DNA from: the human T2T-CHM13v2.0 reference genome, Homo sapiens
Length of the DNA: 64,000 nt
Assembly: GCF_009914755.1 (NCBI RefSeq)
Contig: NC_060932.1
Strand: one strand, 5' to 3'
The first letter of the stretch is position 1, and the number at the start of each line of letters is the position of its first letter. The position numbers and the translations under genes were made by a program. The notes beneath the pieces were generated by a model. That model searched no databases. It worked only from the letters and a program-made list of their open reading frames with translations, and was not told where the DNA came from. Shown here piece after piece: positions 1 through 13,356 of the stretch.

Positions 1-2376
1 GATCAGTTGAGTAAAGCAGCGGTGATTTGGCTATAGGATTTGGCAAGGGATAATATCATTACGATTAAATCTTTAGTCCTTAATGAGAAACCTCCAAGGC
101 CCTGTGACCATCATGATTCCTTAGCTGCTTGGGAAATATTTCAGATCTTAAACTATTAAGACTGCAGATTTCTTTTGCTGTTGAACTGTCTTCAACTGTG
201 ATCCTTCTCTTGTATTTTTGTTTGAGGCAGGTACTGTGGAGAATCATCATAGCTGGAAGGAAACAGACCTCAGTTTCCCTAGGGGTTGAGATAGTATCTG
301 GAGTCACCACTCCTAAAAGTTGCTGAGATTATTGGGATTGTGGAATCAGAGAAGCAACACTGAAGCTCTAGATACCATTTTCAGCACTGATTTTCCACTG
401 CTGTCCAGGGCTGAAAGAGGGTTGGGATTAAGGAATGCCTAAAACAGAAGTGGGAAGACATGACTGAGAGCAGGAGCACTGTGCCTGCACAGCCAAGGCC
501 CGGCACTGGCTGGAAGGTAGATGGGCCAGTGTGCCTTCAGCCTCCACATTCTGCTTTCTCTATTCCACTTTCTCTCTCCTGAAGTCATTAATAGGAATAA
601 CTGCTGCCTTAATCCTATGTCTATAACCCCAACCTCTCCTACTCACCCCCAAGAAAACTCAAGCTGCAGAGCGTCTTTGAGACTAAACCCTCCCAAGTGC
701 TGTAATCTAGAGTATTTTCAACATGAGTGGGCAGGGGAGGGTGGCCAGCAGCACTGCCTTGTCAGTGAGCTTTCTTGAGCTGTCTGGCTCTTAGTGCATC
801 CCAACATAATCCACAGACATGAGGAAGCCTGTCTGCCGTGAACACTTCCAGTGAAGACTAAAAGTAGTATTTTAAGATCTATAAATGACTTTTCTGGTTT
901 TTAGCTTTTGCCTAGTTCCTTTGAATTTTGGAAGGAATTAATTTGTAGATGACATCATGCAGTACATTTAAATATGGCAGGATTGAGATTTATTTTTTAA
1001 GTCAGCATTTGCTTTTCTTGGTTAAATGCAACCAGTTTAGGGGTAATAACTGCTTAATATGCCTGGCACATTATTGAAATCCCTTATGAGTGGCTCAAAA
1101 TGAGTCAGAAGGTCAATTTAGTCCTTGGCTGGGTTCCTTTCACAACAGGGGTTTTCCTGTGCTGCTGTTCAGGAGGAGCAATTAAAACTTTTTGTGTATT
1201 CAAAGCTTTCCAGCTGAATTCTGGCCCCATCAAATGATATCAGAGCTCTGGCTTTTGCCTGGTGGTGCAGAGCTTTCGTCTGTTAGTGAATCTTTGGGGA
1301 CCGTTTTTCCCCAAGCTTAAAAACACAAGATTCAAACTCTAAGGGATTCCTTACTTATTCTTCTAGCAAGCCTCTTTACTATCTCTCTGCCATCGCACGG
1401 ACTTTCTCCAGCTTTTAAGACACTTTGATAGCATTGTTACTGGACCACACGCAGAACTAGAAACAAGTCTTTCTTTACCACTTCTTCCAGAGTAGTCTTG
1501 CCAATGTTCAGTAGGCAAAAACCACGGAAAGTTTGGTGGCTACCTGAGATTCACAAATCAGTGGCTTACAATTGCAAACTTCCCACTCCACTTGATCTAC
1601 ACACTAGATAGCTAAAGGACTTCAGGGTAGGAAGAATTTATAGCTTCAGCTGCCTTTGATGAGCGCTTTCTCAGAAAATCTCACTGAAGAACCTAGTGTA
1701 TCTCAGTTCTATTTGTGTTCCACTGAAGATGAGCCAGACTTTTATGAACAATAAATGTACTTTACATCCTCTTTTTTTCCATAAAAATTTCCCCTTCCGC
1801 TGCCCAGCTTCTCTATTTTCTCTGGCTTTAAATCCTAGGATTTAGAAAAGCAGAAAATGTTACAGTTCAAAAGGTTTTTTAATGCTCCGTCCAAAGCCAC
1901 TGGTTTGAAAGAGGTGTTCTCCACTTTAAGACGTTCTATCTGAAGAGGTTTGGGGAGCTAGGCAAACAGAGCTTTTATTTCAGTGCTGAGTTTAATGTTG
2001 AATAGATGATTTATGTGGAGGAAAGATTTTTCTCCTTTTTTCTTGGGCTGGCTGCTAAAGAACAATGACAGATGTTTTAATGGTGAGTAGAATGTTATCA
2101 AATCGTCAACTTCAAACATGGGAATTTTATGCAACACCAAATGCTTATTCTAAGGAGGCTGTCCTAAGTCTCATGCACAACTTTCAGTTATACTGCTAAA
2201 ACTGCATTGTTATCGTTGCCATATCTCAGAGGAAAAAAGGAAACATTCTGGATTAATGGCTTTAATAGATGACCTAAAAGGCATAATGTACAAATATATC
2301 GAGGCAAAAGAACTAATTTTGTTCTGGAACTCTCGTAAGGGTCTGGCAACTAATCTTTATTATTTTTGGATCCTAG

Positions 2377-2625
2377 GTAGATGGAGTCCGAGAGAGACTG
2401 TCAGAGCAACAGTACAACAGACTGGTGGACTACATCACAAAGACATCTTGTCACCTGGCCCCCAGCTGTTCTTCCATGCAAATACCATGCCCTGTGGTGG
2501 CTGCAGAACCTCCCCCCTCCACTGTTAAAACATACCATTACCTGGTTGATCCACATTTTGCTCAGGTCTTCCTTAGTAAATTTACCATGGTGAAAAATAA
2601 AGCCCTGAGGAAAGGGTTTCCTTGA
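2377..2625 (+). CDS. VPS13B: VPS13B (COH1) final coding exon, C-terminal 82 aa VDGVRERLSEQQYNRLVDYITK...KALRKGFP*
   Basis: Acceptor ttattatttttggatcctag|GTA at 2376/2377. The frame is open to TGA 2623-2625 and in frame with ORF 2425..2625. The translation matches the recalled VPS13B C-terminus. Confidence 0.95.
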   Translation, partial: VDGVRERLSEQQYNRLVDYITKTSCHLAPSCSSMQIPCPVVAAEPPPSTVKTYHYLVDPHFAQVFLSKFTMVKNKALRKGFP

Positions 2626-2669
2626 GTCCCCTCTGAGGTGTTTATTCCTGCTTGTGTGATTTAGTTTTT

Positions 2670-2790
2670 GGGTTTCTTTGAGACAGGGTCTCACTGCATT
2701 GCCCTTGCTGACCTCAAATTCTGGGGTTCAAGCAATCCTCCCACCTCAACCCACAAGTAGCTACGACTGCAAGCACCTGCCACCATAAAG
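2670..2790 (-). mobile_element. Alu monomer fragment (FLAM/FRAM-like) in VPS13B 3' UTR
   Basis: tttgagacagggtctcact...ttcaagcaatcctcccacctca antisense Alu motifs. Confidence 0.8.
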
Positions 2791-3813
2791 GGCTGCATTT
2801 TGCCACCATAAAGGGCTGCATTTTTTTAAAAAGCCTAGGCAGCTCTAACATCATCTGATATGGACACAAGGCCAACAGTTTCCTTATTTACATCCTTACC
2901 TCTAAAAGATACTTCAAAGTGACAAAAACGTGTTCCTTCCCCACTTAGAGACAATGATTAACAGGGCCCTATATGTTCTTACCACATACAGAGGATGCAT
3001 TTATTTTTGCTCTATGACACTTGCAAAAATCTCTACTGTAATTAATTTGGGTCTATTATTAACTCTCTGTTCCATCATAGAATGTGGCCAGGCCTTACAA
3101 TGGAGAGCCAGAGTTAAAACTTCAAGTTGCATCTGTTTTTGGGCTGAGTCACCACCTTTGCCTCATGCTCCTTTGTCTGCAAAGGCCTAGGATTCTTTCT
3201 TTAAATGAAATGCTTAGGACTTTGTGGCTTGTTACATTTGTCATTTAACTGCAGTGCTATTCTTTGAAAGCTGCTATGTGTATTTTCTCTGAAGTCTGCA
3301 TTTTACTAAAATTTACAACAGTCTGATGATTGATTGATTACTGTCCAGGTACATTTTAGAAAAAGTGTTCTTCTTCCAGTTTGTTTTACTAAGCAAACTT
3401 TGAGTAAATCCTTTGTCCTATATTGAATCCAGTCCCAAAGTGTTCAGGTGAGTTTCTCTAGTTCCATAAACAAAACATACATAGTGGGAACTCCCTGGTA
3501 TGCCATAGAGCACACAAGAACCCCAATATTAATGCTAACAATTATACCAGTCCATTTTGTTTATTCTGTGGAATTGACTTGACAAAGCATGAAGATATTC
3601 CCAGTGTCTGTCTGATAATATTTTGCATCTAAGAATGGGTTTGACTCAAGATCTTGGGTTACCAAGATGTCTTAAATGTTCAGTAAATATCTTTCTTACA
3701 GTCCAGTAGCTTAGAGCATGTTTGCTGATTGATATTACATTTAAACTTGGGGCTACAGCTTGTTACCTAGAATTTTGAGATACTAAGAGAATGCAATTTT
3801 AAATGCCCACTGG

Positions 3814-4119
3814 TTTTATTTGTTTTGGAGAGAGGGTCTCATTCTGTCACCCAGGCTAGAGTACAGTGGGAACAGTCATGGCTCACTGCAGCTTAAGCTC
3901 ACTGCCTGGGCTCAAGTGATCTTACTCCAGCCTCCCAAGCAGCTGGGACTACACCACCACAGGTATGCACCACCATACCTGGCTGATTTTTAAAATTTTT
4001 TCTAGAGATGAGGTCTCACTATGTTGCCCAGCTGGTCTCATACTCCTCAGTTCACGCATTCCTCCCACCTCCACCTCCCAAACTGCTGGGATTACAGGTG
4101 TGAGCCACCATGCCCAACA
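3814..4119 (-). mobile_element. AluJ in VPS13B 3' UTR
   Basis: Dimeric antisense Alu with a cccactg repeat on both flanks. Confidence 0.9.
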
Positions 4120-4824
4120 CCCACTGATCTTTAACTCTCACATGTTGGGCATAAGAAGTCACTATATAATTGTTACTGGAAAGCAAGACTTAACGAACAA
4201 TTCTGACTATGAAAAATGTCTCTTTCAGTTTGTTCTGTAAATATTTAGAAAAGTGACAGCTGTCAACCTCAGAGTAACTATTTCTAAAAATGTAAATATG
4301 TATTAATCCTTGTATCTTTTATGGTAATTTTGCATATTGATATGAATTATATAAAATTGTTTAAAATAAAAGGTGTCCTTGAATTACTGACCACCCATAG
4401 ATGTCTACTGTTACCAGGTTTTACAATGCAAATTTTCACTAATACCTGGGTTTAATACAGCTCACATCACTGAATGTTACACATGAGTTTAAATGGGTAA
4501 TATACAGGTTTTGTTATAATAAAGTTACTGATTAAATTAGCTTTGAATAAGTGTCATTTTTTAAAGTTCTCCAGTATCACTTTGCTCGCAATAAACATGA
4601 ATTAAAGTCCTAAGAAGACCTCTGAAAAAGTACCATACTCTGCTTGTCATTAGGAGACATTACTCAATTCTAGTTAAGTAACCTTTTCTGGATTAGATAT
4701 ATATCCAAATTCTATTACATACTGTTAGCTTGTTATTAATAAAGCAATACTGAGTAAGAAACCCTACATTTGAATTACCTATTTCAACTATGTGGTGGTG
4801 GCACAGCTACCAAATAGTGGCAAT

Positions 4825-5224
4825 GAAGGCCAAGGATAGATTTTATTAGGATTCTATCTCTTCTTAGAGCCCACAGTACAGTAGTCTTACAGGCTCATGA
4901 AGAACACTTTTTAATCCATAGCCCAAGACCAAGTAACTGCAATGAAACGGACAAACTATCACAGTTAAAGATGTGCTAGAACAATGAAATTTTAACAAAA
5001 CACGGAAATCAAGTTAGCTTCATAAACAGTTAAATCCCAAACCAATTCTTATGCTAGTAAGTGCCCTGCATTATCATTAAGAACTGAGAAAGACTTACTG
5101 TCCAAAGTATTTGTTAATTGTTTATTTATCAAGAGGAACTATTTCTTAGCCCACATATTCATGTGTCATAGTTCAGGAACACAAGTCAGTGACAAACTTC
5201 TAGGTAATTCAACCTGAAGAAATT
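4825..5224 (-). other. COX6C: COX6C exon 4 (entirely 3' UTR) with proximal and distal poly(A) signals
   Basis: Minus-strand acceptor tttctcttcacag|AATTTC at 5225/5224. Minus-strand AATAAA at 5121-5126 and 4842-4847. Confidence 0.88.
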
Positions 5225-5801
5225 CTGTGAAGAGAAACACAAAGGCTAAGTTAGAGATAAACACTCTCTCAATACTCACCATCTTTGAGGATCAACTGAG
5301 GTCTATTCCTACTAGTAGACTTCACACCTTGATCACTCACCCTCAGCCACAGAAAAAGCACAGTTCAGGCTACCTGGACTCCAAGTTTCACTCTCCTTTA
5401 CGCTCCTCTAAGCTCCCTGACCACTCTGAATAGCCTCTTTTCCATTTTGGGCATACCACACCTTACTCTCATTGCTTGTGTGCATTGAACAAATTCTGCT
5501 TTTTTCCTTCTCAATTCTATGCCCACCACCGCCCCCACCCCCCTGCCATTAACCCTTATAGCCACATACTGTTTCTGTTCCAAGCCATATTTTTGTTCCT
5601 GTCTCCAAATATGTTCTCTCATACAGGTTTTTAAACATAATCTTAAAAATGGTAAAAATCTAACAAATTTAAATTAGCCTATTAACATCTTCTGATTATA
5701 AAATGCATGCTCACTGTAAATTTTGAAAATTTCAAAGTTAAAGCAGATATGTTAAGATTATAAACAACCATTAATATTTTCTTGATTTTTTTTCCTTAAT
5801 A

Positions 5802-5935
5802 CACATGGTACCCAACTTATGATGGTTTGACTTACAATTTTTTTGACTTTCTAATGGGTTTTCCAGGGTCTTAAATGCATTTTTGACTTACGATATTCTC
5901 AACATATGATAAGGTTTATTGGAATGTAACCCACA
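5802..5935 (-). mobile_element. MER47/Tigger5-like TcMar fragment
   Basis: aaatgcatttttgacttacgatattctcaac...tttattggaatgtaaccc is the reverse complement of the MER47 left end also seen at 13949. Confidence 0.65.
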
Positions 5936-7552
5936 TATATGTAGTGCAACTGAAATGCTTATTTAGGAACACTGCCTGACAAAATAGCAGTTTCACATTC
6001 TCTGTGTCACAGCAAACTCATTTACAAGGCATAAACCCAGACTGAAGTGGCAAAAAGAAACTACATTGTTCTTTTTTGTTAAATATACACATAAGATTCC
6101 AGAGTAGGAAGTCTCATCAAGGTACTTCATACATGCTATCAAATCAGTTTAGATGACTTTCCATCAGCACACCAGTCAGTCCTTTTCTAGATAATAGAAC
6201 TTTAATTCACACTGTCCATGAGGCATAAGGACCTTGTGAATACAACAGACCAAACCAGACCTATGGAAAGACAGCTAGTCACTCGTGGACACCCACCTAA
6301 CAAACTATACTGTCCCAAATACTTTTTTTTAAAAAAGTGACTTCTAAAAGTGTAACATTCGTAATGCCAATCTAGCAATTAATAGCATAACCTATAAAAA
6401 TGATTTTGAACATAAAAAGTAGTTTCATGTCAGCAAGATAGACTGTGAAGCTCCAGGCCCCCAAACCCCCACAAAAAATAATGAATAAACATATGGACCA
6501 AAAATTTAAAAATGTTTAGCTTTATGAGAACTCTAGAAACCAGTTGAGCAGCAACCAAAGGAACCACCTATCCAAGAAAAAGCCACACTCAAAGTAGCAG
6601 GAAATTTCATGGCATTTTTGCTCACTCTTGCCAAATGCCCTCCTCAGTACAATAGTCAGAAGAAAACTACCCTGGCTCTTCCCTCAGGACATAAGGTAAA
6701 GAATGAAACTGACCTACAATGTTCTGGTTTGTGTGGAGCTGCCCAAGGGACTGCTTTCTGTCTTGCCTGAATCAGAGTGCTAATGGGAACAATGGCATAG
6801 TTTGGATAGGAGGTTGGAAAGAGCTGAAAGCAATGATGGGTACCATGGCATGAGTGAGCTGCAGGGGAACACAGACCTACAGAAACCTGTGGGCAAGAGA
6901 TCAGAGACAAAAGAATAACAGAACAGCTAAGACTCCAAGAGGAAGCTGGAGGCAAACTCAGGAAAACTAAGAAAAACTGAAAGGCAGCTGTGTATAGGAG
7001 GAAACTAAAACTAATGCATATGCACAGGCCCAGGGAAGATGGCATCCCCAGGAAAAGTTTGAGAGGACACCAAGCCTTTATGGTGCGCTAATCAGTGAAG
7101 GCCTTTCCATGCATGGAGCCAGTCTGCAAAGGGACAGGTAGCTGGTTTTGCAAATGCCTGAATTTCACAAAAGATCACAAGGCACATAAAGAAATAGGGA
7201 AACACGGACGATTGAAAGAAAGAAATCTCCACAAACCAACCCTAAAGAAACAGAGGCTGCTGACTTACTCTATAAAACCTTAAGAACAACTATCTAAAAA
7301 ATGCTCAATGAGCTAAAGGAGAGTGTGGACAACTAAGCAAAATTAGATAAACAATATATAAACAAGTGAGAATATAAACAAAGAGAAAATTATTTCTAAA
7401 AACCAAACACACTGTGGAGCTGAAAAATGTAGTAACTGAATGGGGGGAGAAGGGGTCGGAATCACTAGAGGGATTTAACAGCAGACTCAGGCAGAGGAAA
7501 GAATCAGGAAACTTCAAGACAGATCATTTGAAGTTATCAAGTCTGAAGAGCA

Positions 7553-7683
7553 GGCCGGACATGGTGGCTCATGCCTGTAATCTGGGAGGCCAAGGCAGTA
7601 GGATCACCTGAGCCTAGGAGTTCAAGACCAGCCCAGGCAACATGGTGAGACCCCATCTCTATAAAATTAAATTAAATTTTAAA
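7553..7683 (+). mobile_element. FLAM/Alu left monomer
   Basis: ggccggacatggtggctcatgcctgtaatc...; TSD aagtctgaagag. Confidence 0.85.
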
Positions 7684-8037
7684 AGTCTGAAGAGAAAAAA
7701 AAAAGTAACTAGCTTAAGATATCTGACTATACCAAGCAGACCAATATAGGTATTACCGAGTCCCAGAAGAGAAAAAGGGCAGAGAGCTTAAAAAAACAAA
7801 CAAAACACCTGTCAATTGAGAATAATACATCCCACAAAACAGTCCTTCAAAAATGAAGGAGAAATTCCCAGATAAAAAAGTCAAAGGAGTTTTACCAATT
7901 AGATTTGCCCTACAGAAATGCTAAAGGGAATCCTTCAAGTTGAAACAAAAAGGACACTAGTCAGTAACTCAAAGCCATGTGAAAATATAAAGTTCTCTGG
8001 CAAAGAACATAGAAGCTTATATTAAAATTTGGTTTGT

Positions 8038-8336
8038 GCCAGGTACAGTGGCTCATGCCTGTTATCCCAGGACTTTGGGAGGCCCAGGCAGGCAAATCAC
8101 TTGAGGTCAGGAGTTCAAGACCAGTCTGGCCAACACGGTGAAATCCCATCTCTACTAAAAATATAAAAATTAGCTGAGCACAGTGGGGTGCATCTGTAAT
8201 TCAAGCTACTCGGGAGGCTGAGGCATGAGAATTGCTTGAACCCACGAGGCGGAAGTTGCAGTGAGCCGAGATTGCATCACTACATTCCAGCCTGGGTGAC
8301 AGAGTAAGACTCCATCTCTTAAAAAAAAAAAAAAAA
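8038..8336 (+). mobile_element. AluS
   Basis: Full dimer with A-tail; TSD ttggtttgt. Confidence 0.92.
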
Positions 8337-9759
8337 TTGGTTTGTAAATTCATTTTTAATTCTTTTATAGGATTTAAAAGACAAAAGCATAAGAAGTAAC
8401 TATATAGGTCCATGTTAATGGATACATAATATATAAACACATAATGTGTGATATCAGTAACACAGGAAAAGAGGGTGGTGCTGTAAAGGAGTTGAGTTTT
8501 TATATGCAATTGAGGTTGTTTTAAGTTTAAAATAAATCGTTCTAACTTTAGCATATTTCATGTAATCCCCATGGTAACCACAAAGAAAATACTGAATATA
8601 AAAGGAAAGACTGAAACATGTCACTATAAAATAAAAGAGTGAGGAAAGAAATGAGGGACAAAGAAGCTGTAAGACACATAGAAAACAAAATGGCAATACT
8701 GTGTCTTTATCAGTAATTATCTTAAATGTAAATGGATTAAATTCCCCAACCAAAAGACAATGACAGAATGGATTAAAAACCTGGATCCAATTATATGCTG
8801 TCTACAAGAGACTCACTGTAGATCTAAGGACACACAAGTTGAAAGTGAACGGGTAGAAAAAGATGTCCCACACATACAGCAACCAGGAGAACAGGGGTAG
8901 CTACACTAAATCAGACAAAATAGACCAAGTCTAAAATGTTTCAAGAGACAAAAAAGAACATTCTATAATTTAAAAAGATTAATTCACCAATAAGATCTAG
9001 CAATTATAAATACATATGCACCAAACATCAGAGCTCTAAATATATGAAGCAAACACTGACAGAATTGAAGGGAGAAGCAGACAGCTCTACAATAGCAGTA
9101 GAGGACTTCAATACTCCACTTTCAATAATTGACAGAACAACTAGATAGAAGGATTAATAAGAAAACATATGACTTGAACAACACTACAAATCAACTGGAC
9201 TTAACAAAACACTCCAGCTAACAACAGAATACACATTTTTCCCAAGAGAACATGGAACATTCTCCAAGACAAACCATATGTTAGGTCACAAAATAAGTCT
9301 TCAATTTTAAAAGACTGGAAATCATACAAAGTATCTTTTCTGATCACAATGGCATGAAACTAGAAATCAAAAGCCAAAGGAAAAGAGGAAAATCCACAAA
9401 TGTGTTTAAATTAAACAGACTCTTAACAATCAATAAATTAAAAAAGAAATTACAAGGAAATTTTTAAAAAACTGTATCAACCTAAGAACTAGAAAAAGAG
9501 GAATTAAACCCAAATGTAGCTGAATAATATTAAACAAAATGACTACAATAGAGAAAAATCAAAGCCAACAGTTAGTTCTTTGAAAAGATCAAATCAACAA
9601 ACCTTTAGTCAGACTAATAAAAAAAGAGAACCACCAACTAACAGAGGGAACATTACAACTGATTTTACAGATCTAAAAAGGAGTGAGAATGCTATGAACA
9701 ATTATATGTAAACAAACTGGATGACCTAATGAAATAGAAATACATAACTCAAAAAAAAA

Positions 9760-10047
9760 TTTTGTGGGGGAGTGGGGACAGCATCTCCCTCTGATGCCTA
9801 GGCTGGAGTGCAGTGGTACAATCACTGCTCACTGCAGCCTTGACCTCCCAGGCTCAGGTAATCTTCCCAGGTAGCTGGGACTGCAGGCGTGTGCCATCAC
9901 ACCCACATTATTTTTTGTATTTTTTTTGTAGAGACGGGGTTTCGCCATGTTGCCCAGGCTGGTTTCAAACTCCTGGGCTCAAGCAATTCACCTGCTTTGG
10001 TCTCCCAAAGTGCTGGGATTACAGGCCTTATGAGCTACCACACCCAC
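9760..10047 (-). mobile_element. AluJ
   Basis: Antisense Alu dimer. Confidence 0.85.
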
Positions 10048-10182
10048 TCTAGAAACACAATCTAACCAAGACTGGATCAGGAAAACAATAATCTGAACGT
10101 CTATAACTAGTAGGAATTTTTAATCAGTAGCCAAAAACTTCAAAAAACAAGAGTCCAAGACCATATGGTGAATCCTACCAAA

Positions 10183-10392
10183 CTTTTTTGAGACAGGGTC
10201 TCATATTCTGTTATCCAGGATGGAGTGCAGTGGTGTGATCATAGCTTATGCAGCCTTAAACTCCTGTGCTCAAGTGAACCTCCTGCCTCAGCCTCCCAAG
10301 TAACTGAGACTACAGGCATGTACCACCACACCCAGCTAACTATATATATATCTGTGTGTGTGTATATATATGTGTGTGTGTGTATATATGTA

Positions 10393-10429
<37 letters not shown>

Positions 10430-10560
10430 TTTTTTTTTTTGGTAGAGATGGGGTCTTGCCATGTTGCACAGGCTGATCTCTAACTTCTGGATTATAGTGA
10501 TCCTCCTTTCTCAGCCTCCCAAAGTGCTGGGATTACAGGCATGAGCCACCATGCCCAGCC
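10183..10560 (-). mobile_element. AluJ with (TA)n(TG)n microsatellite in the linker (10340-10440)
   Basis: Antisense Alu arms separated by mixed TA/TG repeats. Confidence 0.9.
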
Positions 10561-12077
10561 CTCTATGAAACCAGCACCAATCCTCCTCAAGTTTTTCCAA
10601 AAACAGTGAGGAAAAGGGAACATTTCCACATTCATTCTATAAGGCCAGCATTATCCTGATATCAAAGACAAACACACGAGAAAACTATAGGCCAAATCCT
10701 TTAACACAGATGCAAAAATCGTCAACAAAACACTAGCAAACCAGATTTGACATCGCATTAAAAGAATCATGTACTATGATTAAGTGGGATTTATCCCTAG
10801 GATGCAAGGATAGTTCAACATATGCAAATCAATAGATGTGACATACCACACTGACAGAATGAAGGATAAAAAACACATCTCAAAAAATGCAGAAAAAGTA
10901 CTTGACAAAATTCAACATCCTTTCATGATCAAAACTATCAACAGAAGGAATGTACTTCAACCCAACAATGGCCAAAAAGGACAAGTCTAGTATACTGAAC
11001 ATGGAAAACGTGAAAGCTTTTCCTCTAATACCTAGAACCAGACAAGGATGCCCGCTCTTGCCACTTCTATTCATTGTAGTACTGGAAGTCCTAGCCAGAG
11101 CAATGAGGCAAGAAGGAATAAGCAACATCCAAAAAGGAAAGGAGTAAGTAAAACTATCTGTTTACAGATCATATAATCTTACCTCCAGCAAACCCTAAAG
11201 ATTTCTAACACACAAGTGTCAGAATACATGAATTCTACTAAGTTGGAGGATACAAAAATCAGCTCTTTCTACACACCAACAATGAAGGAAATAAAGGAAT
11301 GCCTAATAAAGGAAATTAAGAAAATAATTCTATTTATAATAGCACCAAAAATAATACTTAGGAATGTATTTAATCAGGAATATGAAAGACTTAAACACTG
11401 ACCTAGATGAAACAGATATATACCTGTATACTGCTAAAAAAATTAGCAAATCTCATTCATGCAATCCCCATGGTAACCACAAAGAAAATACAGAATATAC
11501 ACATAAGGAAGTAAGAAGGAAACTGAAACATGTCACTATAAAATAAAGGAAAAGTACGGAAAGAAATGTGTGTCCTTGGACACATTGTTTTGATTATAGT
11601 AGTCTCCTTTTATCCAAGGTGATATGTTTCAAGACCCTTCCAGTGAATTACTGAAACTATGGATGGTACCAAACCCTATACAGCTACGTTTTTTCCTATA
11701 TATACACATACCTATAATAAAGCTTAACTCATAAATTAGGCATAGTAAGAGAGTAGCAACACTAAAAGAAATTAAAGATGCAAACTACTGCTAAAAGAAA
11801 TTAAAGATACAAATAAGAGGAAAGACATCCTGTGTTCATGGATTGGAATACTTAATATTGTTACGATGTCCATACTACCAAAGTAATCTACAGATTTAAT
11901 GCAATCCCTATCAAAATCCCAATGGCATTTTTACAGAAATAGAAAAATCCATCCTAAAATTCACAGACTCTTAAGGAACCACAAATAGCTAGAGCACCCT
12001 CCGGGTGGGGTGAAAGAAAGAACAAAGCTAGAGGACTCACACTTACTGATTTTAAAGCATACTACAAAGCTACAGTG

Positions 12078-12395
12078 TAGCAGTCATCCCTTATTTGTGG
12101 TTTAACCTTCCACCGCTTTAGTTCTACCCACAGTCAACTGTGGTTCAAAAACAGGTGAGTACAGTACAGCAAGATATTGAGAGATCACATTCACCTTTTA
12201 TTACTATACACTACAATTGTTCTATTTTGTTATTGTTGCTCATCTCTTACTATGTCTAATTTATGAGTTAAACGTCATCATAGGTATGTACGTACACGAA
12301 AAACAACATAATATATACAGGGTTTGGTACTATCTGTGGTTTCAAGAATCCACTAGAGGGGTCTTGAAACATATCTTAGATAAAACGGACTACTG
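12078..12395 (+). mobile_element. MER44A (TcMar-Tigger MITE) inserted in L1 ORF2
   Basis: TIRs tagcagtcatcccttat...ataaaacggactactg at a TA site; internal sequence matches recalled MER44A. Confidence 0.85.
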
Positions 12396-13066
12396 TAATC
12401 AAAACAGTGTAGTACTGCCCCGAAGACAGACATACAGACTAAAGAAATAGCCCAGAAATAAACTCTCGCATTTAGAGTCAAATGATTTCACCAAGGTACC
12501 AAGACCACTCCATGGAAGAGGACAATCTTAAATGATTTCGGGAAAACTGGATACCACATGTAAAAGAATACAGTTGGATCTTTACACCCTACACAAAAAT
12601 TCAAGTGAATCAAAGATCTAAACATAAGAGCTAAAACTATAAAAGTCTTAGAAGAACACATAAAAAAGACTTCATGACATTGGATTTGGCAATGATTTAT
12701 TGAATATGACACTAAAAGCACACAGAACAAAAATAAAAATAAATTCGACATCAAAATTTCTGTGCATCAAGGGACACAACAGAGTGAAAAGGCAACCTAT
12801 GAAATGGGAGAAAATATTTACAAATCATATCTGATAAGGGGTTAATATCCAGAATATATACAGAACAACTCAACCAATAAACAAAAAACCAAATTTGAAA
12901 ATGAGCAGAACTGAATAAACATTTCTCCAAAGATAACATACAAATGGCCAATAAGTACATGAAAAGATGCTCAAGAACACAAATAATCAGGGAAATGCAA
13001 ATCAAAACCACAATGATACCACCTCATACCTATTAGGATGGCTACTATCAAAAAATACCAAAATTA

Positions 13067-13356
13067 TGCCAGGCACAGTGGCTCACGCCTGTAATCCCAA
13101 CACTTTGGGAGGCCAAGGTGGACGGATCGCCTGAGCCCAGGAATTCAAGCACAGCCCAGGTAATATGGTGAAACCCTGTCTCTACTAAAAATAAAGAAGT
13201 TAGCCAGGTGTGGTGGCACATGCCTATAGTGCCAGCTTCTTGGGAGGCTGAGGCAGGAAGATCCCTTGAGCCTGGGAGGTTGAGGCTGCAGTGAGCCATG
13301 ATCGCACTACAGCACTACGGCCTGGGTGACAGAGGGAGACCCTGTTAAAAAAAAAA
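13067..13356 (+). mobile_element. AluJ/S
   Basis: Alu dimer with A-tail inside L1. Confidence 0.9.

Larger units (their letters stand above)
2626..4540 (+). other. VPS13B: VPS13B 3' UTR with tandem polyadenylation signals
   Basis: Follows the stop codon and is AU-rich. AATAAA at 4365-4370 and 4518-4523 (further copies at 4590 and 4738). The end position is estimated from the PAS. Confidence 0.8.

Noticed and set aside
2670-4119. Two Alu sequences in the VPS13B 3' UTR as an inverted-repeat dsRNA element
   Set aside because: Both are in the same (antisense) orientation, so they cannot pair with each other.
6656-7045. 129-aa minus-strand ORF inside COX6C intron 3
   Set aside because: Antisense to a purine-rich L1 5' region; low-complexity composition and no splice or homology support.
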